A DNA stretch of 50,571 nt. Origin: Caldimonas sp. Its GTDB lineage: Bacteria; Pseudomonadota; Gammaproteobacteria; Burkholderiales; Burkholderiaceae_C. The position numbers and the translations under genes are program-made. Numbering within the stretch: position 1 is the stretch's first letter; every line of letters starts with the position of its first letter. Shown here in pieces: positions 20,366 to 28,510 of the stretch. The stretch is from the NCBI GenBank assembly GCA_035555295.1, contig DATMGW010000178.1, positions 1 to 50,571 of the forward strand, given 5' to 3'. The notes under the pieces are model-generated. The model saw only the letters and a program-made list of their open reading frames with translations. It ran no database searches and was not told where the DNA came from.

Positions 20366-21052
20366 TTACACCCAGATCTGCAGCACGTAGTCGAACGAGG
20401 CCTGGCTGTTGAACATGTCGACGCGCTGGAGCTTGATGCCCAAGCGCCCGTTGGCGCCGCGCACCAGCCAATGCCGGTAGCTGCCGCCGAAGTGGCGGAT
20501 GACGTCGCGGCGCAGCTCCATCATGTGAAAGCGCGAACGCACGGCGATCGTGCCGCCGTCGCTCGACTCGATCGCGACGTGGCTCACCAGATGGTTCGTC
20601 TCCCACTGCGGCGCCTGCGACCAGGCGTTCGGGTGCGAGACGCGGCCCTTCCTGATCTCCATCATCAGCTTGTCCTCGATGAAGATCGAAGGCGAGCTTT
20701 CCCACTCGGTCTGCTCGGGAGCGACCGGCATCCAGTAGACGCCGCCTTCAGCGAACAGGTCGATCCAGGCCTGCCAGTGCTTGCCGTCGAGCAGCTCGGC
20801 CTGCAGGTAGAGGAGTTGCTCGACTTCGCGATGCAGGTCTGGCGCGGAGGGCGCTTCGCGGCGCGGCAGGTTTGCCGAGTGCACCGCCTGGCCGGTGAGC
20901 GTCGCGCGCGGCGAATGCGTCGGCTCGATCGCCTGCGCTCCGGTGGCCGGGCCTGTCGTTTTGCCGTCGATGACGACGTCCTGGTCGAGCAGGTGGCGCA
21001 TGTCGGCGCCCGCCGTCGGGATCGCCTCGCCGGGTCGTCGCTCGGCGCTCAT
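20366..21052 (-). CDS. Aromatic ring-hydroxylating oxygenase beta subunit
   Basis: VEQLLYLQAELLD...WIDLF...YWMP, HLVSHV, KLQRVD; ATGA overlap with the alpha gene; alternative start ATG 21001. Confidence 0.9.
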   Translation of the reverse strand: MSAERRPGEAIPTAGADMRHLLDQDVVIDGKTTGPATGAQAIEPTHSPRATLTGQAVHSANLPRREAPSAPDLHREVEQLLYLQAELLDGKHWQAWIDLFAEGGVYWMPVAPEQTEWESSPSIFIEDKLMMEIRKGRVSHPNAWSQAPQWETNHLVSHVAIESSDGGTIAVRSRFHMMELRRDVIRHFGGSYRHWLVRGANGRLGIKLQRVDMFNSQASFDYVLQIWV

Positions 21053-22350
21053 GACACCGCACCGTTCGACAGGTACTTCGTCCAGGCGCTGAACTGGTTG
21101 CGCATCACGATTTCCGACGTGCCGTGATTGGAGTAGGCGGCGTTCTCCTCGATGCGGTCGTCGCCGTGATTGCGATGAAAGCTGACCCAGTCGCCGCCGT
21201 TCGACGTCAGGCCCCATTGCGCCTTGGTCCAGTTCTCGAGGTCGTCGGCGTTGATCATCGTTGCCGGCGAGTTGACGAGGTTGAAGTACCACAGGCTCCT
21301 GCGGTAGATGGCCTCGGGCGCGCCCTTCAGGCGGAAGTGCCAGATCTCCGACAGCGTCTTGTCCGGAGAGATCGGGCGCAGGCACCGCAGCTGCTGCAGC
21401 GGCGACTGCACCGACAGGTACGGATAGACGAGGACGTGGTGGATGCTGCGCGACAAATACTCCTCGGTCTTCGCCTCGCCGTACGCTTTCTGCAGCAGCG
21501 CCTCGTATTCGAGCGTGTCGGGGTCGCGCGGGCGCAGCCCCATGTAGGCCTTGAGGATGCCGTGGCCGCGCGGGAAATTGATCGTCTGCACGCCGTCCCA
21601 CTGCTCGAAGCTCGAAGCGAAGGTCGAGAGGTAGTGGTAGTGCAGCGGCGCCGAACCGCGCTCTTCCTTGATGCGCTTTTCGACCCGGCCGGCCGAGATG
21701 CCGGTTGACTGGTGCGTCACCGAAGGGTGCAGCGCGTCGAGCTGGTTCTCCATGAAGAACTTCCAGTTCGACTGCTGGATCATGCGGTGGCAGTAGGGAA
21801 CGACCTCGACCTCGCCGAGCGGCGAGCGGTCGCACATGTCGTCGAAGGCGATCTTCGCGTCGCCGAGGAATTCGGAAAGGCTCGGGCCCTCGGCGGCGAG
21901 GCTGGCGAAGACGAAGCCGCGATAGCTATCGACGCGCGCCGCCCGCTTGACGTTGCAGTCGGGGTTCGACTTGTTCATCGCCGTCCCCTCGTAGCCGCGC
22001 GCCAGCGGAATCGCGCGCACCTTCCCATCGAGGTGAAAGCTCCAGGCGTGGTACGAGCAGACGAAGGCGCCGCCGGTGTTGCCCTTCAGGTTGCCGACGA
22101 GCTGCACGCCGCGGTGCGGGCAGCGGTTGTGCAGGACGGAGACGCTGCCGTCGGCGCCGCGCACCATGATCATCGGCTGGCGTCCGATCGTCAGCGCGTA
22201 GTAGTCGCCGGCGTTCGGGATCTGCGAGGTGTGGCCGCAATAGACCCAGACCTTCTCGAAGATGTTTTCTATCTCCTGCTCGAAGATCTGCGGGTCGGTA
22301 TAGACGCTTTTGTGGACACGGTCGGGTTCCACCAGGGACAGGACGTTCAT
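21049..22350 (-). CDS. Rieske non-heme iron ring-hydroxylating oxygenase alpha subunit
   Basis: Rieske ligands NRCPHRG...CSYHAW; mononuclear iron motif ENQLDALHPSVTH and DDLEN. Confidence 0.95.
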   Translation of the reverse strand: MNVLSLVEPDRVHKSVYTDPQIFEQEIENIFEKVWVYCGHTSQIPNAGDYYALTIGRQPMIMVRGADGSVSVLHNRCPHRGVQLVGNLKGNTGGAFVCSYHAWSFHLDGKVRAIPLARGYEGTAMNKSNPDCNVKRAARVDSYRGFVFASLAAEGPSLSEFLGDAKIAFDDMCDRSPLGEVEVVPYCHRMIQQSNWKFFMENQLDALHPSVTHQSTGISAGRVEKRIKEERGSAPLHYHYLSTFASSFEQWDGVQTINFPRGHGILKAYMGLRPRDPDTLEYEALLQKAYGEAKTEEYLSRSIHHVLVYPYLSVQSPLQQLRCLRPISPDKTLSEIWHFRLKGAPEAIYRRSLWYFNLVNSPATMINADDLENWTKAQWGLTSNGGDWVSFHRNHGDDRIEENAAYSNHGTSEIVMRNQFSAWTKYLSNGAVS

Positions 22351-22789
22351 GGGATTGACTCTACGGCAGCCACGGTCGTCTCGTCGTCGTCGGCGCTTTC
22401 GTCGGTCGCGATTTCCTCGCGGATCAGCGCCGCCTCCGCCGCCACGGCGTCGAGCAGGCCGGCGAGCTGTTCGCCGCCATGCCGTCGCGCGGCACGCGCC
22501 CCCACACGACGCGGTTGCCCGCCGCGTCGCAGCCGATGCGAAACGGCGCCAGCGGGCTGTCGTGGAAATTGCGCCGCATCAGCCACCGCAGCGTGCCGCG
22601 GTCCATCGACGACGGCAAGGCGGCGACTGGCGACATCAGCATCAGCGTAAAGGCATCCTCGGGAACCAGCACCACCCGGCCGTCGTCGCCGACGTTGAGC
22701 TGGACGATGCCCTGGGCATCGGCGGGAAGCGCCTCGACGCCGAGGGCTTTGGCGAGCTGGGCGTAGAGGGCCTGGGCGCTGGGTGACAT
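22347..22789 (-). pseudogene. CesT/Tir-family (class I type III secretion) chaperone-like protein with apparent 1-nt frameshift near 22478
   Basis: MSPSAQALYAQLAKALGVEALPADAQGIVQLNVG...LMRRNF...FRIGCDAAGNRVVWGRVP, continuing in another frame as GEQLAGLLDAVAAEAALIREEI plus an acidic tail; one added base gives 147 aa. Could be a sequencing error. Confidence 0.65.
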
Positions 22790-23536
22790 GGGTCGGTCTC
22801 GTTCGTGGTGTCCAAAGAGGTCAGGCCGCAGACGCATGCGGCGCTGATCGAGCTGCTGCGCGAAACTGCGGTGGCCGCGCTTGGGGATGCGATGGTCGGC
22901 CTTGTTCCTGAAGTGCGCGACGCCCAGGTCAATGGCCTGGTTCACGTCGGCCGGCTTCTTCGCGGTCTGCAGCAGCTGCTCGATCGTGAACAGCGTGAGG
23001 ATGCCGGCGCCGCCCTTGGGCTCCTGCTTCATCTTCGGGTAGACGAGCTGCTTCAGGATGTTGTCGGCGAAAGTGTGCGAGCGCAGCGCCTCGGCGACCG
23101 CGTCGGCGGCGTCGATGGTCGGGCTCTTCTTACCGCTGCCGCTGCGGTTGACGCGGCGCGCCGCTTCGAGCATCAGGTCGAGGTCGGGCTTCTTGTTCAG
23201 CTCGCGGCCGACGTAGCCCTGGAATTCGACCTCGCCGCCGGCCAGCTTGTCGAGCTCGTCGAGCGCCATCGACACATTCTTGTTCTGCAGCGCGTCGGCG
23301 GCGCGGCCGCCCTTGACTGCCAGCGCCTCCTTCGCTCCCGCCTGCAGCTTGGCGATCATCTCGGCGACTCGCTCGCGGAAGGTTTGCGCCGCCGCGGCGC
23401 CGGAGTAGCCGCTGGCGGCCAGCGCCTTCAGTTCGTCGATCGGGATCGAGACGAACATCTGCGCGTCGCTGGCGAACTCGCGCGTGCGCGGCTTGCCGTC
23501 CGCGGCGATCTGCTCGAGGATCTGGATCAGGGCCAT
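22790..23536 (-). CDS. Hypothetical helical protein, about 249 aa, with no stop before the chaperone-like ATG
   Basis: N-terminal part of ORF 22424-23536; protein-like composition and G/C-ending codons; no family recognised. Confidence 0.7.
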
Positions 23537-23569
23537 GAAGATCGCGGGCTCGGTGGTCGCGGAGCAGGC

Positions 23570-23598
23570 ATCCTATCGGTGCGAAGTTTCCGCAGCAA
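23570..23598 (-). promoter_or_regulatory. Putative sigma70-type promoter TTGCTG-N17-TAGGAT
   Basis: Minus-strand -35 (23593-23598) and -10 (23570-23575) hexamers with 17-nt spacer, 33 nt upstream of ATG 23536. Confidence 0.45.
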
Positions 23599-23620
23599 CG
23601 GGATTCGCGCGCATCCCTGT

Positions 23621-26059
23621 CTAGCGCGGATCGAAGCGGAGCGTATGTAGCGGCGGGCCGGGCAGCAACGGGGTGGCCCGACCGGCCACCCAGTCGTCGT
23701 GGCCGCCGAGAAAATTGGCGCTCAGCGGGTGGCCACTCTGGCCGCCCGGCATGTTGAACACGCCGCTCGCTTCGCGTCCGGGCGAGACGACCAGCCGCTC
23801 GGACTGGCCGAAGTCCGGCGTCGCCACGCGCGGCATGTGGCTGTCGCCGGGCATCGGCTCGGCCGGCGCGGCGAGCCAGCGTGCGCCGAACGGCAGCGAC
23901 GCCGCCATCGGATGGACGATGTGCGTCGTGTTGCGCCGGCCCCAGGTCGCCTCGGCCAGAGGCTTGCCGTCTTTCTCGAGGTCGGCGATCGCATCGTCGA
24001 TGGCGGCGAGCTGCACGGCCTGCCAGGTGGCGCTGCCCTTCGGCAGCCAGGCGGGCGGCTTCTCGTCGAGCAGGCGCGCGATCACGGCGGGCCAGCGCGG
24101 CGTGGCGCGCGCGAAGCTCGCGCCCTTGTCGGCCGCGCGCATCGTTTCGTCGACGCCGCCGAACAGGCGCAGGTACAGGCTGCCGACGAAGGCGCGCGTC
24201 AGCCGATAGGCGACCGAGTCGACGCTGGCGTGGCCGGTCCACGTGCTTTCGAGCAGGCGCTTGAACTCGTCGCGGCGCGGGTGCGCGGCGGCGTCGCTGT
24301 CGCCGGCCAGGGCCTGCAGGGCGCGGTCGCGCCAGGGTGTGAGGTAGAGCGCGCGATCGTCGAGGGCGACGCTGTAGCCGGCTGCTTCGTCGGTGCTCGG
24401 GCCGAGCGCCGCGACGCTGCCTTGCAGCTGGCGCTGCCGTGCGCCGAGGTCGGCCCCGCCGTCGCCGATGGCGGCATAGCCGGCGCCGGCGAGCTGGCGC
24501 GCGTTGGCGGTGGCGATCTGGCCCGACGGCGGGTCGATCACGCTCGGGTGCGTGCTCGGCGCAGCGAGCGCCGTCCAGGTCGCCGCCGACGCGGCCGGCG
24601 CCGGAAAGGTCGAGCCCCAAGTCGCCTGGCGCCCCGGCAAGGCACCGCCGATCGTCCAGCCGATGTGCCCGGCGGCATCGCCGGCGACGACGTTCTGCGC
24701 CGGAAAGCCGCCGCGCTGCGCGGTGCCGAGCGCCTCGGCGACGCTTGCCGCACGTTCGAACTCGAGCGACGCGAAGTTGACGGCACCCGGATCGTGCGCG
24801 ACCCAGTGCACCGCATAGCGCCGGCCACCGCGTTCCCAGACCGGGCCGAACGCCGTCTCCTGCACGTGCAGCGTCTCGCCGGCGCCGTGCGCCACGGCGA
24901 TAGTTTCGTCGACTGTGCGCAGCAGCCCCCAGCCGTCGCTCGGCGCGCCGGCCATGCCGGCCGGCATGCGGTAGCGCGTCGCATCCTTGGCGTCGAACTC
25001 GAGCTCGAGCAGATCGGTATACGCGCCGTAGCTGTTCGTGAAGCCCCACGCGACCTGCCCGTTGCTGCCGACGACCACGGCCGGCGTTCCCGGCAGCGTG
25101 ACGCCGACGACGCGGTAGGGCGGCGCGCCGGGCGATTCGATCTCGATCGCAGCGCGGTACCAGATGTGCGGCAGGCGCAGCGCCAGGTGCATGTCGTTGC
25201 CGACGATCGCCGCGCCGCTCTTGCTGCGCGAGCCGGCAATCGCAAAGTTGTTGCTGCCCACCCCGGCATCGCCGATTGCTTCCAGCATCGCCACCTTCGC
25301 CGGTGCCGGCTTGCCGAACCAGGCCGGCGGCTCGGCCGGCAAGGGCGCGGCGGTCTCGGCGATCGCCGGCGCGTCGATCGGCGCGTCGTAGCCGCTCGAG
25401 GTGGGAAGCAGGAAGGCGAGCTGCTCGGCCGACGTGCCGTGGTCGCGCAGCCAGCCGCGCGAGTAGACGCGGTGCAGCAGATCGTCCTGCAGGTCGAAGT
25501 ACATCGCCCAGGCGACGAGCAGCGAGTCTTCGGCGCGCCAGGGCCGCGGCGTCGCGCGCAGCACGGCGTATTCGAACGGGCGCGCGTCGAGCGCGGCGAG
25601 GCCGGCGTTGACGCCGGCCGCATAGCGTTCGAGCAGGGCGCGCTGGGCTTCCGGCAATGCCGCGAGGCCGACGCCGGCGCGCGCCGCGAAGCGGTGGATA
25701 CGCCGCTCGCGATCGACCGGCAGCAGCGCCTTGCCGAGCAGTGCAGCGAGCTCGCCGCTGCCGGCGCGGCGCAGCAGGTCCATCTGGAAGAAGCGCTCCT
25801 GCGCATGCACGTAGCCGGTGGCGTAGGCGATGTCGCCGCGGTCGCTGCCGTGCAGCGTCGGCACGCCGATCGCATCGCGTCGGACCCAGACCGTTGCGCG
25901 CAAGCCGAGCGCAGAGACTTGGCCGTCGAGCTCCGGCAGGCTGGCGCGCATGAACGAATAGGCGCCGATCGCGATTGCGAGCGCGAGCAGGACCACGAGC
26001 CACAGGAAGGCGACGATCCAGCGGCGTGCGCGCCTGCGCCTTGTCATTGCCTCAGCCAT
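23621..26059 (-). CDS. Penicillin acylase family (Ntn-hydrolase, S45) protein
   Basis: GGAGG RBS before ATG 26059; N-terminal TM anchor; RDAIGVP, HAQERFFQMDLLRR, GSNNF catalytic Ser, NDMHL, PGGQSGHP. Confidence 0.93.
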   Translation of the reverse strand: MAEAMTRRRRARRWIVAFLWLVVLLALAIAIGAYSFMRASLPELDGQVSALGLRATVWVRRDAIGVPTLHGSDRGDIAYATGYVHAQERFFQMDLLRRAGSGELAALLGKALLPVDRERRIHRFAARAGVGLAALPEAQRALLERYAAGVNAGLAALDARPFEYAVLRATPRPWRAEDSLLVAWAMYFDLQDDLLHRVYSRGWLRDHGTSAEQLAFLLPTSSGYDAPIDAPAIAETAAPLPAEPPAWFGKPAPAKVAMLEAIGDAGVGSNNFAIAGSRSKSGAAIVGNDMHLALRLPHIWYRAAIEIESPGAPPYRVVGVTLPGTPAVVVGSNGQVAWGFTNSYGAYTDLLELEFDAKDATRYRMPAGMAGAPSDGWGLLRTVDETIAVAHGAGETLHVQETAFGPVWERGGRRYAVHWVAHDPGAVNFASLEFERAASVAEALGTAQRGGFPAQNVVAGDAAGHIGWTIGGALPGRQATWGSTFPAPAASAATWTALAAPSTHPSVIDPPSGQIATANARQLAGAGYAAIGDGGADLGARQRQLQGSVAALGPSTDEAAGYSVALDDRALYLTPWRDRALQALAGDSDAAAHPRRDEFKRLLESTWTGHASVDSVAYRLTRAFVGSLYLRLFGGVDETMRAADKGASFARATPRWPAVIARLLDEKPPAWLPKGSATWQAVQLAAIDDAIADLEKDGKPLAEATWGRRNTTHIVHPMAASLPFGARWLAAPAEPMPGDSHMPRVATPDFGQSERLVVSPGREASGVFNMPGGQSGHPLSANFLGGHDDWVAGRATPLLPGPPLHTLRFDPR

Positions 26060-26230
26060 TCGTGCCTCCGCTTTGCTTTGCAGTCGGCGGAGTGTGTCAG
26101 GTCCGCTGCTCGCCGTCGTAGGGCACGACGTTGTCCTGCTCGGCCGGGCGGGGCCGTGGATCGCGCCGGGCGTCGATCCGCAACCCCTTCGTTCGTCGTG
26201 TATACATCCGCCACGAAAGGAGAGCAGCCC

Positions 26231-26890
26231 ATGTCCAGAGTCAGAGTCAACGGCTTTGCGATGTCGCTCGACGGCTACGGCGCCGGTCCGAAGCAAAGCC
26301 TCGAGAACCCGATCGGCGTGGGCGGCCTGGCCATGCACGAATGGGCGTTTTCAACGCGCACCTTCCAGCGCATGCAAGGACAGGACGGCGGCGCGCTCGG
26401 CATCGACGAAGACTTCGCGGCGGCGGGCTTCGCCAACGTCGGCGCCTGGATCCTCGGACGCAACATGTTCGGTCCGGTGCGCGGCCCCTGGCCCGACGAC
26501 TCGTGGAAGGGCTGGTGGGGCGAGAGCCCCCCGTACCACGTTCCGGTGTTCGTGCTGACGCATCACCCGCGCGCGGCGATCGAGATGAAAGGCGGAACGA
26601 CCTTCCATTTCGTCACCGATGGCATCCGCGCCGCGCTCGAACGCGCCCGCGCTGCGGCCGCCGGCAAGGACGTGCGCGTGGGCGGCGGCGTCGCGACGAT
26701 CCGCCAGTACCTGAACGCCGGCCTCGTCGACGAGATGCACCTGGCGCTCACGACGGTGCTGCTCGGCAAGGGCGAGGCCTTGCTCGCCGGAATCGATCTG
26801 CCGGCGCTCGGCTTCGAATGCACGCGTCGCGTGCCCAGCGAGCACGCGACGCACGTCGTGCTGACGAAGCCGTCAAAGCCGCCGGCGTGA
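26231..26890 (+). CDS. Dihydrofolate reductase/RibD C-terminal domain protein
   Basis: AAAGGAG RBS; MSLDGYGAGP, ILGRNMFGP, PPYHVPVFVLTH, DVRVGGG, GLVDE. Confidence 0.9.
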   Translation: MSRVRVNGFAMSLDGYGAGPKQSLENPIGVGGLAMHEWAFSTRTFQRMQGQDGGALGIDEDFAAAGFANVGAWILGRNMFGPVRGPWPDDSWKGWWGESPPYHVPVFVLTHHPRAAIEMKGGTTFHFVTDGIRAALERARAAAAGKDVRVGGGVATIRQYLNAGLVDEMHLALTTVLLGKGEALLAGIDLPALGFECTRRVPSEHATHVVLTKPSKPPA

Positions 26891-26912
26891 AGCGCGGGCC
26901 GACAATGGGGCC

Positions 26913-27164
26913 ATGACCGACGACGCGCCCCCCGCTCCCGCTCTTCCCGACCGCCTCTCCGTCGACCCGCGCAGCCCGCATCACGTCGCTGCCGTGTTCG
27001 AACGCGGCATCGGCATCCGCTTCAACGATAGGGAGCGATCCGACGTCGAGGAGTACTGCATCAGCGAGGGCTGGATCAAGGTCGCCGCAGGCAAGACGCG
27101 CGATCGCAAGGGGCGGCCGCTCTTGATCACCTTGAAGGGGAAGGTCGAAGCGTTCTATCGCTAG
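26913..27164 (+). CDS. DUF3297-family protein
   Basis: 83 aa; LPDRLSVDPRSP, DVEEYCISEGWIKV, KGKVEAFY. Confidence 0.8.
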   Translation: MTDDAPPAPALPDRLSVDPRSPHHVAAVFERGIGIRFNDRERSDVEEYCISEGWIKVAAGKTRDRKGRPLLITLKGKVEAFYR

Positions 27165-27247
27165 AGAGAGCTCAGCAGCCGTACGGAAGGTGGCACTGAG
27201 ACCCAACCCGTCCTACATTGGACGCTCATCCCAACTGGAGCGCCGCC

Positions 27248-27637
27248 ATGCCCATTCGCACCGCATCACTGACTCATCAGATCAAGAAGAACGGCGTGAG
27301 GCTTCATCTGGCGATGGCGATCCACGCTCGCTCGCAGGGGGCGGACCAGCCAGCTTCCGAGCAAGAGAAGGCGCTGCTCGAGGAACGTCGTTTGCTCAAG
27401 GAAGCGAGAGCGCAGCGCCAGGCGCGGGCCAGGTTGCCCAGGCAAAAGGCCGTCCGACCGGTGAAGGAGGCCAAACTTCCCAAACCCAAGGCGCCCAAGG
27501 CGCCCAAGGTGGCGAAGGAGCCAAAGGAAGCGAAAGCGACCAAGGGCAACAAGCCGTCGCGCGCCGACAAGGTGGCAAAGAAAGCCGAGAACCTCGATGC
27601 CGCAAAGAAGGCGGCGAAGAAGTCGGCGAAGACCTGA
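27248..27637 (+). CDS. Hypothetical basic protein with Lys/Ala/Pro-rich histone H1-like tail
   Basis: GGAG RBS at 27237-27240, ATG 27248; 129 aa; tail KPKAPKAPKVAKEPK...AAKKAAKKSAKT. Confidence 0.7.
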   Translation: MPIRTASLTHQIKKNGVRLHLAMAIHARSQGADQPASEQEKALLEERRLLKEARAQRQARARLPRQKAVRPVKEAKLPKPKAPKAPKVAKEPKEAKATKGNKPSRADKVAKKAENLDAAKKAAKKSAKT

Positions 27638-27701
27638 CGCGAGCTGCACGCTCCGATGATCCCCGCCAGCGCGAGCGGGAGAAAAGTCGGCGCGGCCTCT
27701 T

Positions 27702-28478
27702 TCAGTCCCGGTATCCCGGCAGCTCGCGGTCGAGCACGCGCATCATCGCTTCGAAGAAGAGGCGCTCGCGTTCCGGCCGGGAATGGCTGTCGCCCGGGTT
27801 GATCGTCTGGACGCGGGCGACGATGTCGTCGCCGAGCACCTCGAGCGGCCGGCCCGTGCCGAGCGCGAGGATCTGGTTGCGGCACACGCGCTCGATCCGA
27901 TAGAGCCTGCGGTACGCCTGCGCCACCGTATCGCCGGTGACGAGCACGCCGTGGTTCTTCATGAAGACGATCGGCTTGCCGTCCATCGCCGCGGCGAGGC
28001 GCTCGCCTTCCTCGAGCGTGGCGGCCACGCCCGTGTAGTCGTCGTCGTAGGCGATCTGGCCGTGGAAGAAGGCAGCGGTCTGGCTGGCCGGCAGCAGGCG
28101 GTTGTCCCTCAGCATGTTGAGGGCCATGGTCCAGGTCTGGTGCGTGTGCAGCACGACGCGCGCGCCGGTGATGCGGTGGATCGGCGCGTGGATGCATTGG
28201 GCCGAAAGCTCCAGCGTCCCCTCGCCTTCGAGGACCCGCCCCTGCTCGTCGAAGACGATCATGTCGCTCGCCCGTGCCTACGACCAGTGCAGGCCGTAAG
28301 GCAGGATCAGGTATTGCCCGTCGCGGCCCGGGACGTTCATCGTGAAGTGGTTGTCGATGCCTTCCTCGAGCTCGTGCAACGCCGCCAGCCTCAGGGCGGC
28401 GGCGAGGTGGACGCGGGCCTCGGCGATGGCGTCGGCGACATCATCGGCGACGCGCGGGTTCAAGGTGCGGACGGACAT
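27702..28478 (-). pseudogene. Class II aldolase/adducin-family gene interrupted by an in-frame TAG at 28278-28280
   Basis: AGGAG RBS and ATG 28478; EGIDNHFT...YGLHWS*ARASDM continues in the same frame to VLHTHQ and MKNHG; 258 codons if read through. Confidence 0.8.
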
Positions 28479-28510
28479 CGACGGTCTCCTGTGCTGCAAC
28501 GGAGTCGAGC

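Noticed and set aside
23537-23620. hrp box or PIP box upstream of the putative effector
   Set aside because: A GGAAAC and a single TTCGC are present, but the second half-sites are not at the required spacing
23699-26230. N-terminal ~840 codons of the 1063-aa plus-strand ORF 23699-26890
   Set aside because: Antisense shadow of the penicillin acylase; only the part from ATG 26231, with its own RBS, is a real gene
28278-28280. Amber recoding (pyrrolysine or alternative genetic code)
   Set aside because: TAG ends several intact genes here (6376, 14841, 23621, 27164, 34957, 37787) and no pyl genes or suppressor tRNA are visible
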